This document shows positions 8,586 to 17,270 of a DNA stretch of 64,000 bases, piece by piece. Below the pieces are notes generated by a model. That model made no database searches. It was not told the DNA's origin and was given only the letters and a program-made list of their open reading frames with translations. The translations under genes were made by a program, and so were the position numbers. Each line of letters starts with the position of its first letter. The stretch's first letter is position 1. Source of the DNA: an uncultured Actinomycetes bacterium (GTDB lineage: Bacteria; Actinomycetota; UBA4738; HRBIN12); contig CAVPIB010000007.1 of assembly GCA_963704885.1 (NCBI GenBank), positions 192,001 to 256,000 of the forward strand. The letters are read 5' to 3'.

Positions 8586-9794
8586 TCAGGCGCCGACCGC
8601 GGCGTCCGCCTTGTCCATGAAAGCCCGGATCTGCAGCGCCACCGCCGCACCTTCTCCAACCGCCGATGCGAGCTGCTTCGTCGATCCCGCTCGGACGTCG
8701 CCGGCCGCGAACACACCCCGCGCGGAAGTCATCAGCGTGGATGGATCGGTGACGACGAATCCCCACTGGTCGAGCTCGATCTGACCTCGCAGGAACTCGG
8801 TGTTCGGATCCAGCCCGACGAAGATGAACGCGGCAGCCGGATCGAACTCCTTGAGCGCTCCCGTCGCGCGATCTTCGACGATCACGGTCCCGAGCTTGCC
8901 TCCGTCCGTCGCCTTGAACTCCTTGACCGCGTGCGAAGTGAGGACGTCCATCCTCGGATGAGACCGCACCCGGTCCTGCAGGATCTTGGAAGCCTTCAGC
9001 GTGTCGGCGAACTCGATCACTGTCACGTGATCGGTGAACTGCGTGAGGAAGAGCCCCTCTTCTAGGCCCGAGTTACCGCCGCCGACCACCATCAGCTCCT
9101 TCGAGCCCTTGTAGAACGGCCCGTCACACGTCGAGCAGAAGTGGATGCCCCCGCCGATCAACTCTTCTTCTCCGGGGGCGCCTGTGCGCCGGTACGACGA
9201 CCCGGTCGCGACCAGCACGGCACGGGCTTCGTAGTGGTCGCCGGTAGCGGTCATCACAGCGAGGCAGGTCTCGTCGAGATGCGAGATCGACGTAACGCTC
9301 ACGGCCTGCAGCATCTCCACGCCGTAGCGCTCCGCCTGCTCGACGAACCGATCGGCGAGCTCCGCCCCCCCGATGCCCTCGGGGAAGCCCGGGTAGTTGT
9401 CCAGGCGCTCCGTTACGCCGGCCTGTCCGCCCAGGCCCTTGGAGTCGATGACCAGGGTCTCGAGGTCCTCGCGCGCCGAGTAGATGGAGGTGGTCAGGCC
9501 GGTCGGGCCCCCGCCGATGATGATCAGGTCGTAGATGTGCATGCTCGCGACCCGGGAGATCCCGAGCTTGTCCGCCAGCTCTTCGTTCGAAGGCTCTGAC
9601 AGATGGGACCCGTCCGGGAACACGATCGTTGGGATCACGTTGTTCCCGTCGTTGCGCTCCTGCACGATGCGCTGACCCTCGGGTTCGACGCCGATGTCGT
9701 GCCATTCGAACGGGACACGCTGGTCGGCCAGGAACTTCTTCGAACGCTTGCAGTCGGGGCACCAGTCGGCGCCGTAGAGCTTGATGTCGGCCAT
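8586..9794 (-). CDS. trxB: Glutaredoxin/NrdH-like domain fused to thioredoxin reductase
   Basis: N-terminal WCPDC redoxin; GGGPTG FAD motif, CSTC active site, GGGNSG, TS..GVFAAGD. Confidence 0.9.
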   Translation of the reverse strand: MADIKLYGADWCPDCKRSKKFLADQRVPFEWHDIGVEPEGQRIVQERNDGNNVIPTIVFPDGSHLSEPSNEELADKLGISRVASMHIYDLIIIGGGPTGLTTSIYSAREDLETLVIDSKGLGGQAGVTERLDNYPGFPEGIGGAELADRFVEQAERYGVEMLQAVSVTSISHLDETCLAVMTATGDHYEARAVLVATGSSYRRTGAPGEEELIGGGIHFCSTCDGPFYKGSKELMVVGGGNSGLEEGLFLTQFTDHVTVIEFADTLKASKILQDRVRSHPRMDVLTSHAVKEFKATDGGKLGTVIVEDRATGALKEFDPAAAFIFVGLDPNTEFLRGQIELDQWGFVVTDPSTLMTSARGVFAAGDVRAGSTKQLASAVGEGAAVALQIRAFMDKADAAVGA

Positions 9795-9849
9795 CGATGG
9801 ACTCCTTACCGTGGATGCGAGTGGGCGCGTCCGGTCTCGTACCTAGGGG

Positions 9850-9875
9850 AACGCTCAGCGATCACGTGCGATTCC
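9850..9875 (-). promoter_or_regulatory. ECF promoter GGAATC-N16-CGTT upstream of the redoxin-trxB gene
   Basis: Equals GGAAT-N18-GTT, the SigR/SigH consensus; overlaps the 3' end of the SRPBCC gene. Confidence 0.7.
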
Positions 9876-10460
9876 ATCGACGCGCCCCCGGCGTTGTGCC
9901 ATCTTCTCGGCCGACATCTGCAGGCCAGCCAGGGAGGTCTCCACGGTGCGCTCCCAGTGTCGGGCAACGACCCGTCCCCAAAGAGCGCCGATCGCCCAGC
10001 CGTCGGTTCCCATCTCACCCGTGTATTCGAGCTGCGTGCCGCTGCCGTCGTCGACCTCCGTCAGGACGAACCGCTCGGTCACGGACGGAACGGGGCCGCG
10101 GACCAGCCGGAACCCGATGCGCTCGGGGCGGTCGAACGAAACCGTCTCGACCGTGACCGCCGTCAGCCCGCCGGCCTTCGTGCGATGCGCGGCAAGCACC
10201 AGATCCGCGCCGGCGTCTAGGACCTCGACCTTCTCCCGTAGCGCTCGAGGCGGGTTCTTCGATAGATAGGGAACGGCGACGAGGTCGAAGACCGTCTCTC
10301 TCGGCGCTCCGATCTTCACGACCTGGGGCCCGAGCGGGCGGGTCCGTCGTCCGAGGCCCGTATCGAGCGTGAGCCTGCCTGTGGCAACGAGCACGAAGGT
10401 CACTCCGGCGGCGATCACCGCCAGGACGCCCAACAGGACGAGCGCGATGACCCAGCTCAT
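9855..10460 (-). CDS. SRPBCC/START-like domain protein with N-terminal TM
   Basis: IGAPRETVFDLV...FRLVRGP...GTQLEY...C-terminal helix; ATG 10460. Confidence 0.75.
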   Translation of the reverse strand: MSWVIALVLLGVLAVIAAGVTFVLVATGRLTLDTGLGRRTRPLGPQVVKIGAPRETVFDLVAVPYLSKNPPRALREKVEVLDAGADLVLAAHRTKAGGLTAVTVETVSFDRPERIGFRLVRGPVPSVTERFVLTEVDDGSGTQLEYTGEMGTDGWAIGALWGRVVARHWERTVETSLAGLQMSAEKMAQRRGRVDGIARDR

Positions 10461-10636
10461 CGGCCCCTCACGATGAACCAGATCCACAAGGGGACCGTGA
10501 GCAGCTGGAGCTTCTGTGCCCAACAGGTGTCACGCCACCAGGCCCGGAGCCCAGGCTCCCGCTCGGAAGTCGAGCACGACGAGGAACGGCGATCGTCGCG
10601 CGCCCGCGTTGCTCGGTCAGGTTCTTCGAGAGTCAT
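10457..10636 (-). CDS. Small hypothetical protein (59 aa) below the ORF-track cutoff
   Basis: MTLEEPDRATRARDDRRSSSCSTSEREPGLRAWWRDTCWAQKLQLLTVPLWIWFIVRGR*; ATGA overlap with the SRPBCC start. Confidence 0.55.
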   Translation of the reverse strand: MTLEEPDRATRARDDRRSSSCSTSEREPGLRAWWRDTCWAQKLQLLTVPLWIWFIVRGR

Positions 10637-10714
10637 GAGTTCAGCCTAAGGGACGCCGGGAGGTCGCCCGGATCTCCCACGTGATCACCATGCCCGGTTG
10701 ATCGGATGATGAAG

Positions 10715-10740
10715 GGAATCATCGCTGCCTTCGCTGCGTC
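10715..10740 (+). promoter_or_regulatory. Putative autoregulatory ECF promoter GGAATC-N16-CGTC
   Basis: Directly upstream of the sigma gene RBS (GGAGGAGG). Confidence 0.78.
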
Positions 10741-10759
10741 TTGTTGATGGAGGAGGCAG

Positions 10760-11287
10760 ATGGGTACCGAACACGACGCATTCCTGCGAGCCACGATGGG
10801 TTGTATGGACCTGGTCTACAACATCGCCAGGCGCATGGTCTTCTCGGCCGAGGATGCTGAGGACCTGGTGCAGGAGACCTATCTGGCGGCCTTCCGCGCC
10901 TGGGAGGACGAGCGCCGTCCGGACAAGGTGGAGCCGTGGATGGCGACGATCTGCCTGAATCTAGGGCGGTCTCTCTATCGGCGGCGTGCTCGTCGGCCCC
11001 AGGAGGTGCCCCTGGAAGCTCGCCTGCTGGTGTTGCCCGACCAGGCCGACCCGGAGCGCGAGGCGCTGGCGTCGCTCGATCGCGACGCGCTGCACAGAGC
11101 GATGTGGCAGCTCCCCGAGGAGCAGTGCACCGCGCTCACCCTGGTGGACCTCGGAGGTCTCAGCACGGCCGAGGCCGCGTCGGTGATGGCGACGCCCCGG
11201 GGAACCGTGCTCTCGCGCCTGCACCGAGGGCGCCGGGCCCTCGCGCTGCTATTGGCTGACGAAGTACCTGACCGGGAGGTGACGTGA
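10760..11287 (+). CDS. ECF RNA polymerase sigma-70 factor, SigR/SigH-like
   Basis: DAEDLVQETYL region 2; GTVLSRLHRGR region 4. Confidence 0.92.
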   Translation: MGTEHDAFLRATMGCMDLVYNIARRMVFSAEDAEDLVQETYLAAFRAWEDERRPDKVEPWMATICLNLGRSLYRRRARRPQEVPLEARLLVLPDQADPEREALASLDRDALHRAMWQLPEEQCTALTLVDLGGLSTAEAASVMATPRGTVLSRLHRGRRALALLLADEVPDREVT

Positions 11288-11610
11288 TGAGCCGAGACCG
11301 ATCCGACACCGAGGTCGACATCCGGCGTGCGCACGACCCTGACGTGAACGCCTCGGTCTACGTGGCAGGAGAACTGTCCCGCCGTGTCGCTCGATGGTTC
11401 GAGCATCATCTCCTCGAGTGCGACGACTGCTGGCGAGAGGTCTGGCTCGCTCGAAGAGGCCGGTTCGTCGCCGAGCACGCCCGCGAGCTCGCGCCCGCCT
11501 CGCTGAGGGACGCGGTGCGTGGAGCGATCCAGCTCTCGTCCGTAGCCTCCGAGGGAACGGGCCGTCGACGCTGGGCCTGGTTCCGTAGGCGCCCGACGGG
11601 ACGAGGATGA
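11284..11610 (+). CDS. Zinc-binding anti-sigma factor (ZAS/zf-HC2)
   Basis: H-x24-H-x3-C-x2-C (HLLECDDC); coupled to the sigma gene; no TM. Confidence 0.8.
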   Translation: MMSRDRSDTEVDIRRAHDPDVNASVYVAGELSRRVARWFEHHLLECDDCWREVWLARRGRFVAEHARELAPASLRDAVRGAIQLSSVASEGTGRRRWAWFRRRPTGRG

Positions 11611-11999
11611 CCCCGCCGGACGGCACCATGGGGATCGGATCGAGCGACGCGGTCGGCCACCAGATCGACGGTGGTCGCCCTCCGGTGATCGCCGGTCTCC
11701 TCGGCGGGGCGATCGGGGCGGTGTGCTGCATAGGTCCAGCCGTAGGGGTGGCCATCGGGGCGAGCTCAGGGTCCTTCCTGATAGGGCTGAGCCGGTATCG
11801 TCCGGCGACGTTCGCTCTGGGGGCGGTGTTCGCCGCAGGAGCGGTGTGGCTCCAACTCCGCAGGCGCAGGGCCTCGTGTCCGACGCCTCAGTCGTTCCGA
11901 GTGCTCAGGAGTCGCTGGATCGACGTTTCCTTACTGGCGTTCGTGCTGACCTATGCGATCGGCCGGTTCGTGGTGCCGCCGCTCATCGAGCGTCTGTGA
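11607..11999 (+). CDS. MerT-like small membrane protein
   Basis: AVCCIGP in TM1, YRP loop, three TMs, extra Cys in the loop; ATGA overlap. Confidence 0.65.
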   Translation: MTPPDGTMGIGSSDAVGHQIDGGRPPVIAGLLGGAIGAVCCIGPAVGVAIGASSGSFLIGLSRYRPATFALGAVFAAGAVWLQLRRRRASCPTPQSFRVLRSRWIDVSLLAFVLTYAIGRFVVPPLIERL

Positions 12000-12068
12000 A
12001 ACTCCGAGGCCGAGCGATCTCTTCGCCTTGGTTCCGCTACTTGGAGGTGACCGCGACTGCCATCGGTC

Positions 12069-12104
12069 GGGCAACAGCAGGGCATAGGGCAACAGCAGGG
12101 CATA
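12069..12104. repeat. 18-bp tandem duplication GGGCAACAGCAGGGCATA x2
   Basis: Exact direct repeat. Confidence 0.9.
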
Positions 12105-12220
12105 GAAGGACGAGCGCTATGGCGGCGGCTGCGACCAGCGAGCCCCGCGCAGCAGGCGATGATCGGCGCCATCGAACATGAGATCGCTGCGTCCTCGCGG
12201 GCTGCTCAGCAGCATGCAGG

Positions 12221-13351
12221 TCAGCCGGTGATTGCGACGCCGAGCAGACTACCGATGCCGTAGGTGAGCCCGGCGGCGGCGAGCCCGAGCACCGCCTGAC
12301 GGAGCCCCGAACGCCATGGGCCCCGGCCGGTCACGAGGGTGATGGCCGCCCCGGTTCCGAACAGGGCGAGGCTCGCCAGGGAGAGGCTGGTGAGCACCGC
12401 GGTGGCCCCGCTCGTGAATAGGAACGGGATCACGGGGATGATGGCGCCGAGGGCGAAGAGGACGAACGAGGCAGTGGCGGCTTCCCACGGGGAACCGCCC
12501 AGCTCGTCGGGGTCGATGCCGAGCTCCTCCCGTGCCAGGGTGTCGAGCGCCGTGTCGTGGTCGGCCATGACCCGGGCCGCCAACTGGCGGGCCTGGGCCT
12601 CGGGCAGCCCCTTGGCCTGGTAGATCAGGGCGAGCTCCTCTTCCTCCTCCTCGGGGAACTCCTCGATCTCGCGAGCTTCGATGTCGATCTGGCGTTGGTA
12701 CAGCTCGCGGGAGGATTGCACCGAGAGCCATTCGCCGAGGGCCATGGACGACGCCCCGGCGAGGAGGCCGGCGAACCCGGCGATCAGCACCGCCTGGTTC
12801 GAGATGTCGGCGCCGGCCACACCCATCACCAGAGCGAGGTTCGACACGAGCCCGTCGTTGGCGCCCAGCACGGCGGCACGTAGCGCGTTGCCGCCGATCG
12901 TCCGGTGGCGTCCCTCGAGCCTTGCCAACGCACCGCCCTCGACGCCGCCGTTACCGCTCGTGAGCGTGCGCAACAGTCGGGCGTGAGACCGTTCGTCGGC
13001 AGGCATCGAGGTGCCGTCGGTCTCGGGCTGGTCGTCGTACATGAACTGGCCCGTCTGCTCCTCCCTCGCCAACGTGGACGCCAGCACGCCCGGTCCGAGC
13101 CGGCGCGCGGACCAGGCCAGGATGCGGGCGCGTCGGGTCGGCGTCCGGGGCGGAACCGGTTGGCCTGCGGCGCGGATCTTGTCCTCCCAGAACGAGGCGT
13201 GTCGTTCTTCCGTGGCCGCGAGGCGCTCGTACAGCTCGGCCAGCTGCGGCTGGTCCTCGAGCTCGGCCAGCGCCCGGTACTGGAACGCCCCGTCGGTCTC
13301 TTCCTGGATGTTCTCGCGGTAGCGGGCGATGTCGTCGCGATCCGCCTTCAT
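12221..13351 (-). CDS. VIT1/CCC1 transporter with N-terminal rubrerythrin-like domain
   Basis: E..EERH ferritin-like domain; RAAVLGANDGLVSN, SMALGEWLS motifs. Confidence 0.9.
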   Translation of the reverse strand: MKADRDDIARYRENIQEETDGAFQYRALAELEDQPQLAELYERLAATEERHASFWEDKIRAAGQPVPPRTPTRRARILAWSARRLGPGVLASTLAREEQTGQFMYDDQPETDGTSMPADERSHARLLRTLTSGNGGVEGGALARLEGRHRTIGGNALRAAVLGANDGLVSNLALVMGVAGADISNQAVLIAGFAGLLAGASSMALGEWLSVQSSRELYQRQIDIEAREIEEFPEEEEEELALIYQAKGLPEAQARQLAARVMADHDTALDTLAREELGIDPDELGGSPWEAATASFVLFALGAIIPVIPFLFTSGATAVLTSLSLASLALFGTGAAITLVTGRGPWRSGLRQAVLGLAAAGLTYGIGSLLGVAITG

Positions 13352-13989
13352 CCCGTCGGTTCCTTCCTTCTGGTCGGGCGCCGGGCGGGTTGGGCCTGCC
13401 CGAACCCTCTTTCGAGGAGTCCCAAGCCCTCTTCCACCGTCGTGCGGGGGTCCGAGGCGCCGCCGGATCCCACCCACAGGCGCATCGCAGCGCGCAGCGC
13501 CCCGAGTGCGGCCCCGGCCACGACGCGAGGTCGTGGATCGAGGTCGGCGTCCACACCGAGACGTGTGGCGACCTCGCGGGCTATGGCGTCCTCGTAGGCC
13601 GCTTGCAGTTCGAGGCTCCTCGCCAACACCGAGGGCTCCGTGGAGACGATCCGGGCGCGAACCGATCCCTCGGCGGGGTCGGCCGCGACCTCACCCACCA
13701 TCGCCAACACCGCGCGGCGGACAGGTGCGGTGACCGGCTCGTCGGGTGGACCGGCTGCGAGCGCGTCGCGGATCGCCGCGAGGCGGCGCTCGTGGTCGGC
13801 TAGGGCCGCGTCCTCCTTCGTCGCGAAGTATCGGAAGAACGTGCGCGGTGAGACGTCGGCGGCCGCCGCGATCTCGTCGACCGTCGTCTCGCGGAAGCCG
13901 CGCTCGGCGAACAGACGGAGCGCGGCGGACGCGATCGCCTTGCGCGTTCGGAGCTTCTTCCGCTCCCGCAAGCCCTGCTCCGCGACCAT
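13348..13989 (-). CDS. TetR-family transcriptional regulator
   Basis: GLRERKK...GFRETTVDEIAAAADVSPRTFFRYFATKE. Confidence 0.93.
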   Translation of the reverse strand: MVAEQGLRERKKLRTRKAIASAALRLFAERGFRETTVDEIAAAADVSPRTFFRYFATKEDAALADHERRLAAIRDALAAGPPDEPVTAPVRRAVLAMVGEVAADPAEGSVRARIVSTEPSVLARSLELQAAYEDAIAREVATRLGVDADLDPRPRVVAGAALGALRAAMRLWVGSGGASDPRTTVEEGLGLLERGFGQAQPARRPTRRKEPTG

Positions 13990-14009
13990 GTGTCAAGCCT
14001 AGCAGTGAG

Positions 14010-14058
14010 TGGCGTCCAGTGTCAGATGGCGGAGGTTGTCAAATGACAGAAGCTGTCA
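14010..14058. promoter_or_regulatory. Three tandem putative TetR operators (TGRC-N7-GTCA), 17-bp period
   Basis: TGGCGTCCAGTGTCA, TGGCGGAGGTTGTCA, TGACAGAAGCTGTCA (the last has perfect inverted arms) in the divergent tetR-mmpL intergenic region. Confidence 0.7.
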
Positions 14059-14109
14059 GTATGCTGATCCCAAGTGACCCGAGTGGCCGCGAGAAGAAGG
14101 GAGCGCCAC

Positions 14110-16320
14110 ATGTCGTTGTCAGGGGCCCTTTACCGCCTGGGGCGAGGGTCGGTGCGTCGGCGTCGGCTCGTCGTGGCCGTCTGGATAGTGTCGGCGGTGG
14201 GGATGCTGCTTACCGGGCGTGCCCTGGGCGCGAGCTCGGTGGACGACTTCCGGGTGCCCGGGACTGAATCCCAGCAGGCGCTTGACCTGTTGAGGGAGCG
14301 GTTCCCCGCGGCCTCCGGCACCGAGGCCACCGTGGTGTTCCATATAGCCACGGGCACGGCACGCGACGCCCAGAACGTCGTGCTGATCGGCGAGACGCTC
14401 AGCCAGGTCGCGCGACTTCCGCACGTGCTTGGTGTGGAGAGCCCCGTGGCCGACTCCACCCCATCGGGTCGGGCGGGTGTGTCCGCAGACGGGACGATCG
14501 CCTTCGCGACGGTCCACTACGACTCCGACGCGTCGGCACTCGGTATCCGGGCCGTCGATGCGCTCGAGGAGGCCGTTGGCCCGGCTCGCGAAGCCGGGAT
14601 GCAGACGGAGCTCGGTGGCGCGCTGCTGCAATCGGTCGACCGGGCGGAACCGAAATCCTCAGAGCTGTTCGGCTTGGTGGCCGCGGTGCTGGTGTTGCTG
14701 CTGGCGTTCGGGTCAGTGGTCGCGATGGGGCTGCCGATCGGCACCGCGATCCTCGGCCTGCTCACCGGCATGTCGGTCGTGAAGCTCGTGAGCCTGTTCG
14801 TCGACATGCCCACTGTGGCGCCGACGCTCGCGACGATGATCGGGTTGGGCGTGGGGATCGACTACGCCCTGTTCATCGTCACACGACACCGCGAGTACCT
14901 CCATGCAGGACTCACGGTCGAGGAGGCCGCCGGTCGCGCGATCGCGACCTCGGGCCAGGCGGTCGTGGTCGCCGGTGCCACCGTTGTGATCGCGATCTTG
15001 GGCCTATGGATCTCGGGGATCCCGTTCGTCGGCCTCCTCGGAACCGCATCGGCGATCGTCGTGACCGTGGCGGTGCTCGCCGCCATCACGGCGCTGCCCG
15101 CGCTGCTCGGGTTCGCCGGGCAGGCGATCGATCGTCTCCGCGTCCCGCGGTTCGGCCGTCGGTCCTCCAACGCCGAAGCGTCGCCGGGTTGGCGGCGGTT
15201 CGGTCGCCACGTGGTCGACCAACCTTGGCGTCACCTGGCGCTCAGCCTCGCGATCCTCGGCGCGCTGGCGGTTCCCCTGTTCTCGATGCGGCTAGGCCAG
15301 GTGGACGCGGGGACGGCCTCGGCCGAGACTACCCAGCGCCGCGCCTTCGACCTCATGACGCAGGGCTTCGGACCGGGCTTCAACGGTCCACTGCTGTTGA
15401 CCGTCGAGGGCGCCGACGCGGCAACCCTGGGATCGATCGGCGTTGCTGTGGCTGCCGACCCCGACGTCGTCGCGGTGAAGCCGCCGATGGCGAGCCCCGA
15501 CGGAACGACCGCCGTCATCACCGTCGTCCCGGGGTCCTCGCCGCAGAGCGAGGCAACTACCGAGTTGGTGTCGCGCCTCCGCGATCAGGTGCTGCCCGGC
15601 GTCGTCGAGGGAACCGACGCGCAGGTCTTCGTCGGCGGCCAGACCGCCACCTATGTCGACCTGGCGGCGAAGGTCGGTGACGCCCTTCCGCTGTTCATCG
15701 GCGCGGTCGTGCTGCTTTCGTTCGTGTTGCTGACCGTGGTCTTCCGCTCGATCCTCGTGCCGCTCAAGGCCGCCCTGATGAACCTGCTGTCGATCGGCGC
15801 CGCATACGGCGTGGTCGTCGCTATCTTCCAGTGGGGGTGGGGCAAAGGTCTCGTCGGCCTCGAGGAGACGGTCCCGATCGTCTCGTTCGTGCCGATGATG
15901 ATGTTCGCGATCCTGTTCGGCCTCTCGATGGACTACGAGGTGTTCCTGCTCTCGCGGATCCGCGAGGAGTACGTGCAACGGCGCGACAACGCGGAGAGCA
16001 TCGTGACCGGGTTGGCATCGACAGCGAGGGTTATCACCTCGGCCGCCCTCATCATGATCGCCGTGTTCCTCTCCTTCCTGTTGAACGACGACCCGACCGT
16101 GAAGATGGTGGGCATCGGACTGGCGACCGCGGTGGCCGTGGATGCCACGATCGTCAGGATGATCTTGGTGCCCTCGACGATGGCGTTGCTCGGTGACGCG
16201 AACTGGTGGCTGCCCCGGTGGCTCGACCGCCTGCTACCGAGGATCGACATCGAGGGCGAGGCCGGACTTCCTCTTGGAAGCGAGGCACGGGTAACCGGAG
16301 CTACAGTCGAGGTCGTTTGA
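14110..16320 (+). CDS. MMPL-family RND transporter
   Basis: GLGVGIDYALF, GFGPGFNGPL, FGLSMDYEVFLLSR, DATIVR motifs. Confidence 0.93.
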   Translation: MSLSGALYRLGRGSVRRRRLVVAVWIVSAVGMLLTGRALGASSVDDFRVPGTESQQALDLLRERFPAASGTEATVVFHIATGTARDAQNVVLIGETLSQVARLPHVLGVESPVADSTPSGRAGVSADGTIAFATVHYDSDASALGIRAVDALEEAVGPAREAGMQTELGGALLQSVDRAEPKSSELFGLVAAVLVLLLAFGSVVAMGLPIGTAILGLLTGMSVVKLVSLFVDMPTVAPTLATMIGLGVGIDYALFIVTRHREYLHAGLTVEEAAGRAIATSGQAVVVAGATVVIAILGLWISGIPFVGLLGTASAIVVTVAVLAAITALPALLGFAGQAIDRLRVPRFGRRSSNAEASPGWRRFGRHVVDQPWRHLALSLAILGALAVPLFSMRLGQVDAGTASAETTQRRAFDLMTQGFGPGFNGPLLLTVEGADAATLGSIGVAVAADPDVVAVKPPMASPDGTTAVITVVPGSSPQSEATTELVSRLRDQVLPGVVEGTDAQVFVGGQTATYVDLAAKVGDALPLFIGAVVLLSFVLLTVVFRSILVPLKAALMNLLSIGAAYGVVVAIFQWGWGKGLVGLEETVPIVSFVPMMMFAILFGLSMDYEVFLLSRIREEYVQRRDNAESIVTGLASTARVITSAALIMIAVFLSFLLNDDPTVKMVGIGLATAVAVDATIVRMILVPSTMALLGDANWWLPRWLDRLLPRIDIEGEAGLPLGSEARVTGATVEVV

Positions 16321-16346
16321 CCTCTCGGCGTGAGGAGGTATGAGGG

Positions 16347-16751
16347 ATGGACCGACGGAACCGGGTGTTATGGATCATCCAATGGGTGTTCGGTGTCATA
16401 TTCATCTTGGTTGGCGTGATGCACTTCATCGTTCCGGACGGCCTTCCTGGACCGATGAGCTGGATGTACGACCTCAGCGATCCTCTCCACACGGTGGCCG
16501 GCATCGCGGAGATCCTCGGAGGACTCGGTCTGATCCTGCCGGGGCTCACCAAGATCAGCCCCGGACTGACCGTGTTCGCTGCCGTCGGCTTGATCTTCGT
16601 GATGGTGGGAGCCGCAGCCTGGCACCTGTCGCGCGGCGAGGTGCAAAACGTCGTGCAGAACCTGATCATCGCCGGCGCCCTGGCCTACCTGGCGTACGGC
16701 AGGTGGAAGCTGAGCCCGCTTCCGGCCAAGGGGGCGGGCAACGTCGCCTAG
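16347..16751 (+). CDS. DoxX-like membrane protein
   Basis: WIIQW...AEILGGLGLILP...MVGAAAWH; four TMs. Confidence 0.8.
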   Translation: MDRRNRVLWIIQWVFGVIFILVGVMHFIVPDGLPGPMSWMYDLSDPLHTVAGIAEILGGLGLILPGLTKISPGLTVFAAVGLIFVMVGAAAWHLSRGEVQNVVQNLIIAGALAYLAYGRWKLSPLPAKGAGNVA

Positions 16752-16776
16752 CGCTCAGCGGAGGGATGCGGCCGCG

Positions 16777-17181
16777 TCAGACGAGCTTCTCGACGGCGAG
16801 CTTGCCGTACTTGTGCCTGGCGTGCGCCCCGTGGCGGACGAGGATCTCGTCGGCGGCCGTGGTGAGTTCCTGGGTGGGGGCGTGCACGGCCAGCAGAGTG
16901 GCCCCCGCTTCGGCGGCTGACAGGTACTCGGCCTCGCGTTGACCCTCTTCGGAGGGGAGCTGCCGGAGCACCCGCCCCACCGGGCCGAGGCCCTCGGCGA
17001 TGCCGCGCGAGAGACGAACCGCCTCGTCGCCGGTCAGCACCTCGAGCTCGTCGAACCCCTCGTCGCGCAGCTCCGAGGCGGCGGCGTCGGCTTCGGCTCG
17101 CGCATGGAACCACGCTACGACGTACCCCGTGGGGTACGGTCGCCCAGCCAGCTTCCCAGGGAACGAGCTCTCGTCGGTCAT
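16777..17181 (-). CDS. Hypothetical protein
   Basis: ATG 17181; YPTGYVVAWF...GATLLAVHAP...GA alpha/beta pattern. Confidence 0.65.
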   Translation of the reverse strand: MTDESSFPGKLAGRPYPTGYVVAWFHARAEADAAASELRDEGFDELEVLTGDEAVRLSRGIAEGLGPVGRVLRQLPSEEGQREAEYLSAAEAGATLLAVHAPTQELTTAADEILVRHGAHARHKYGKLAVEKLV

Positions 17182-17270
17182 GGCAGCATCATATGGCCTC
17201 GTCCTCCGCCGTCGCCAGCCTGCCGCCCGAGGCGTCCGTGGCGAGAACCGATGAAGCAGGAGATAGGTGA

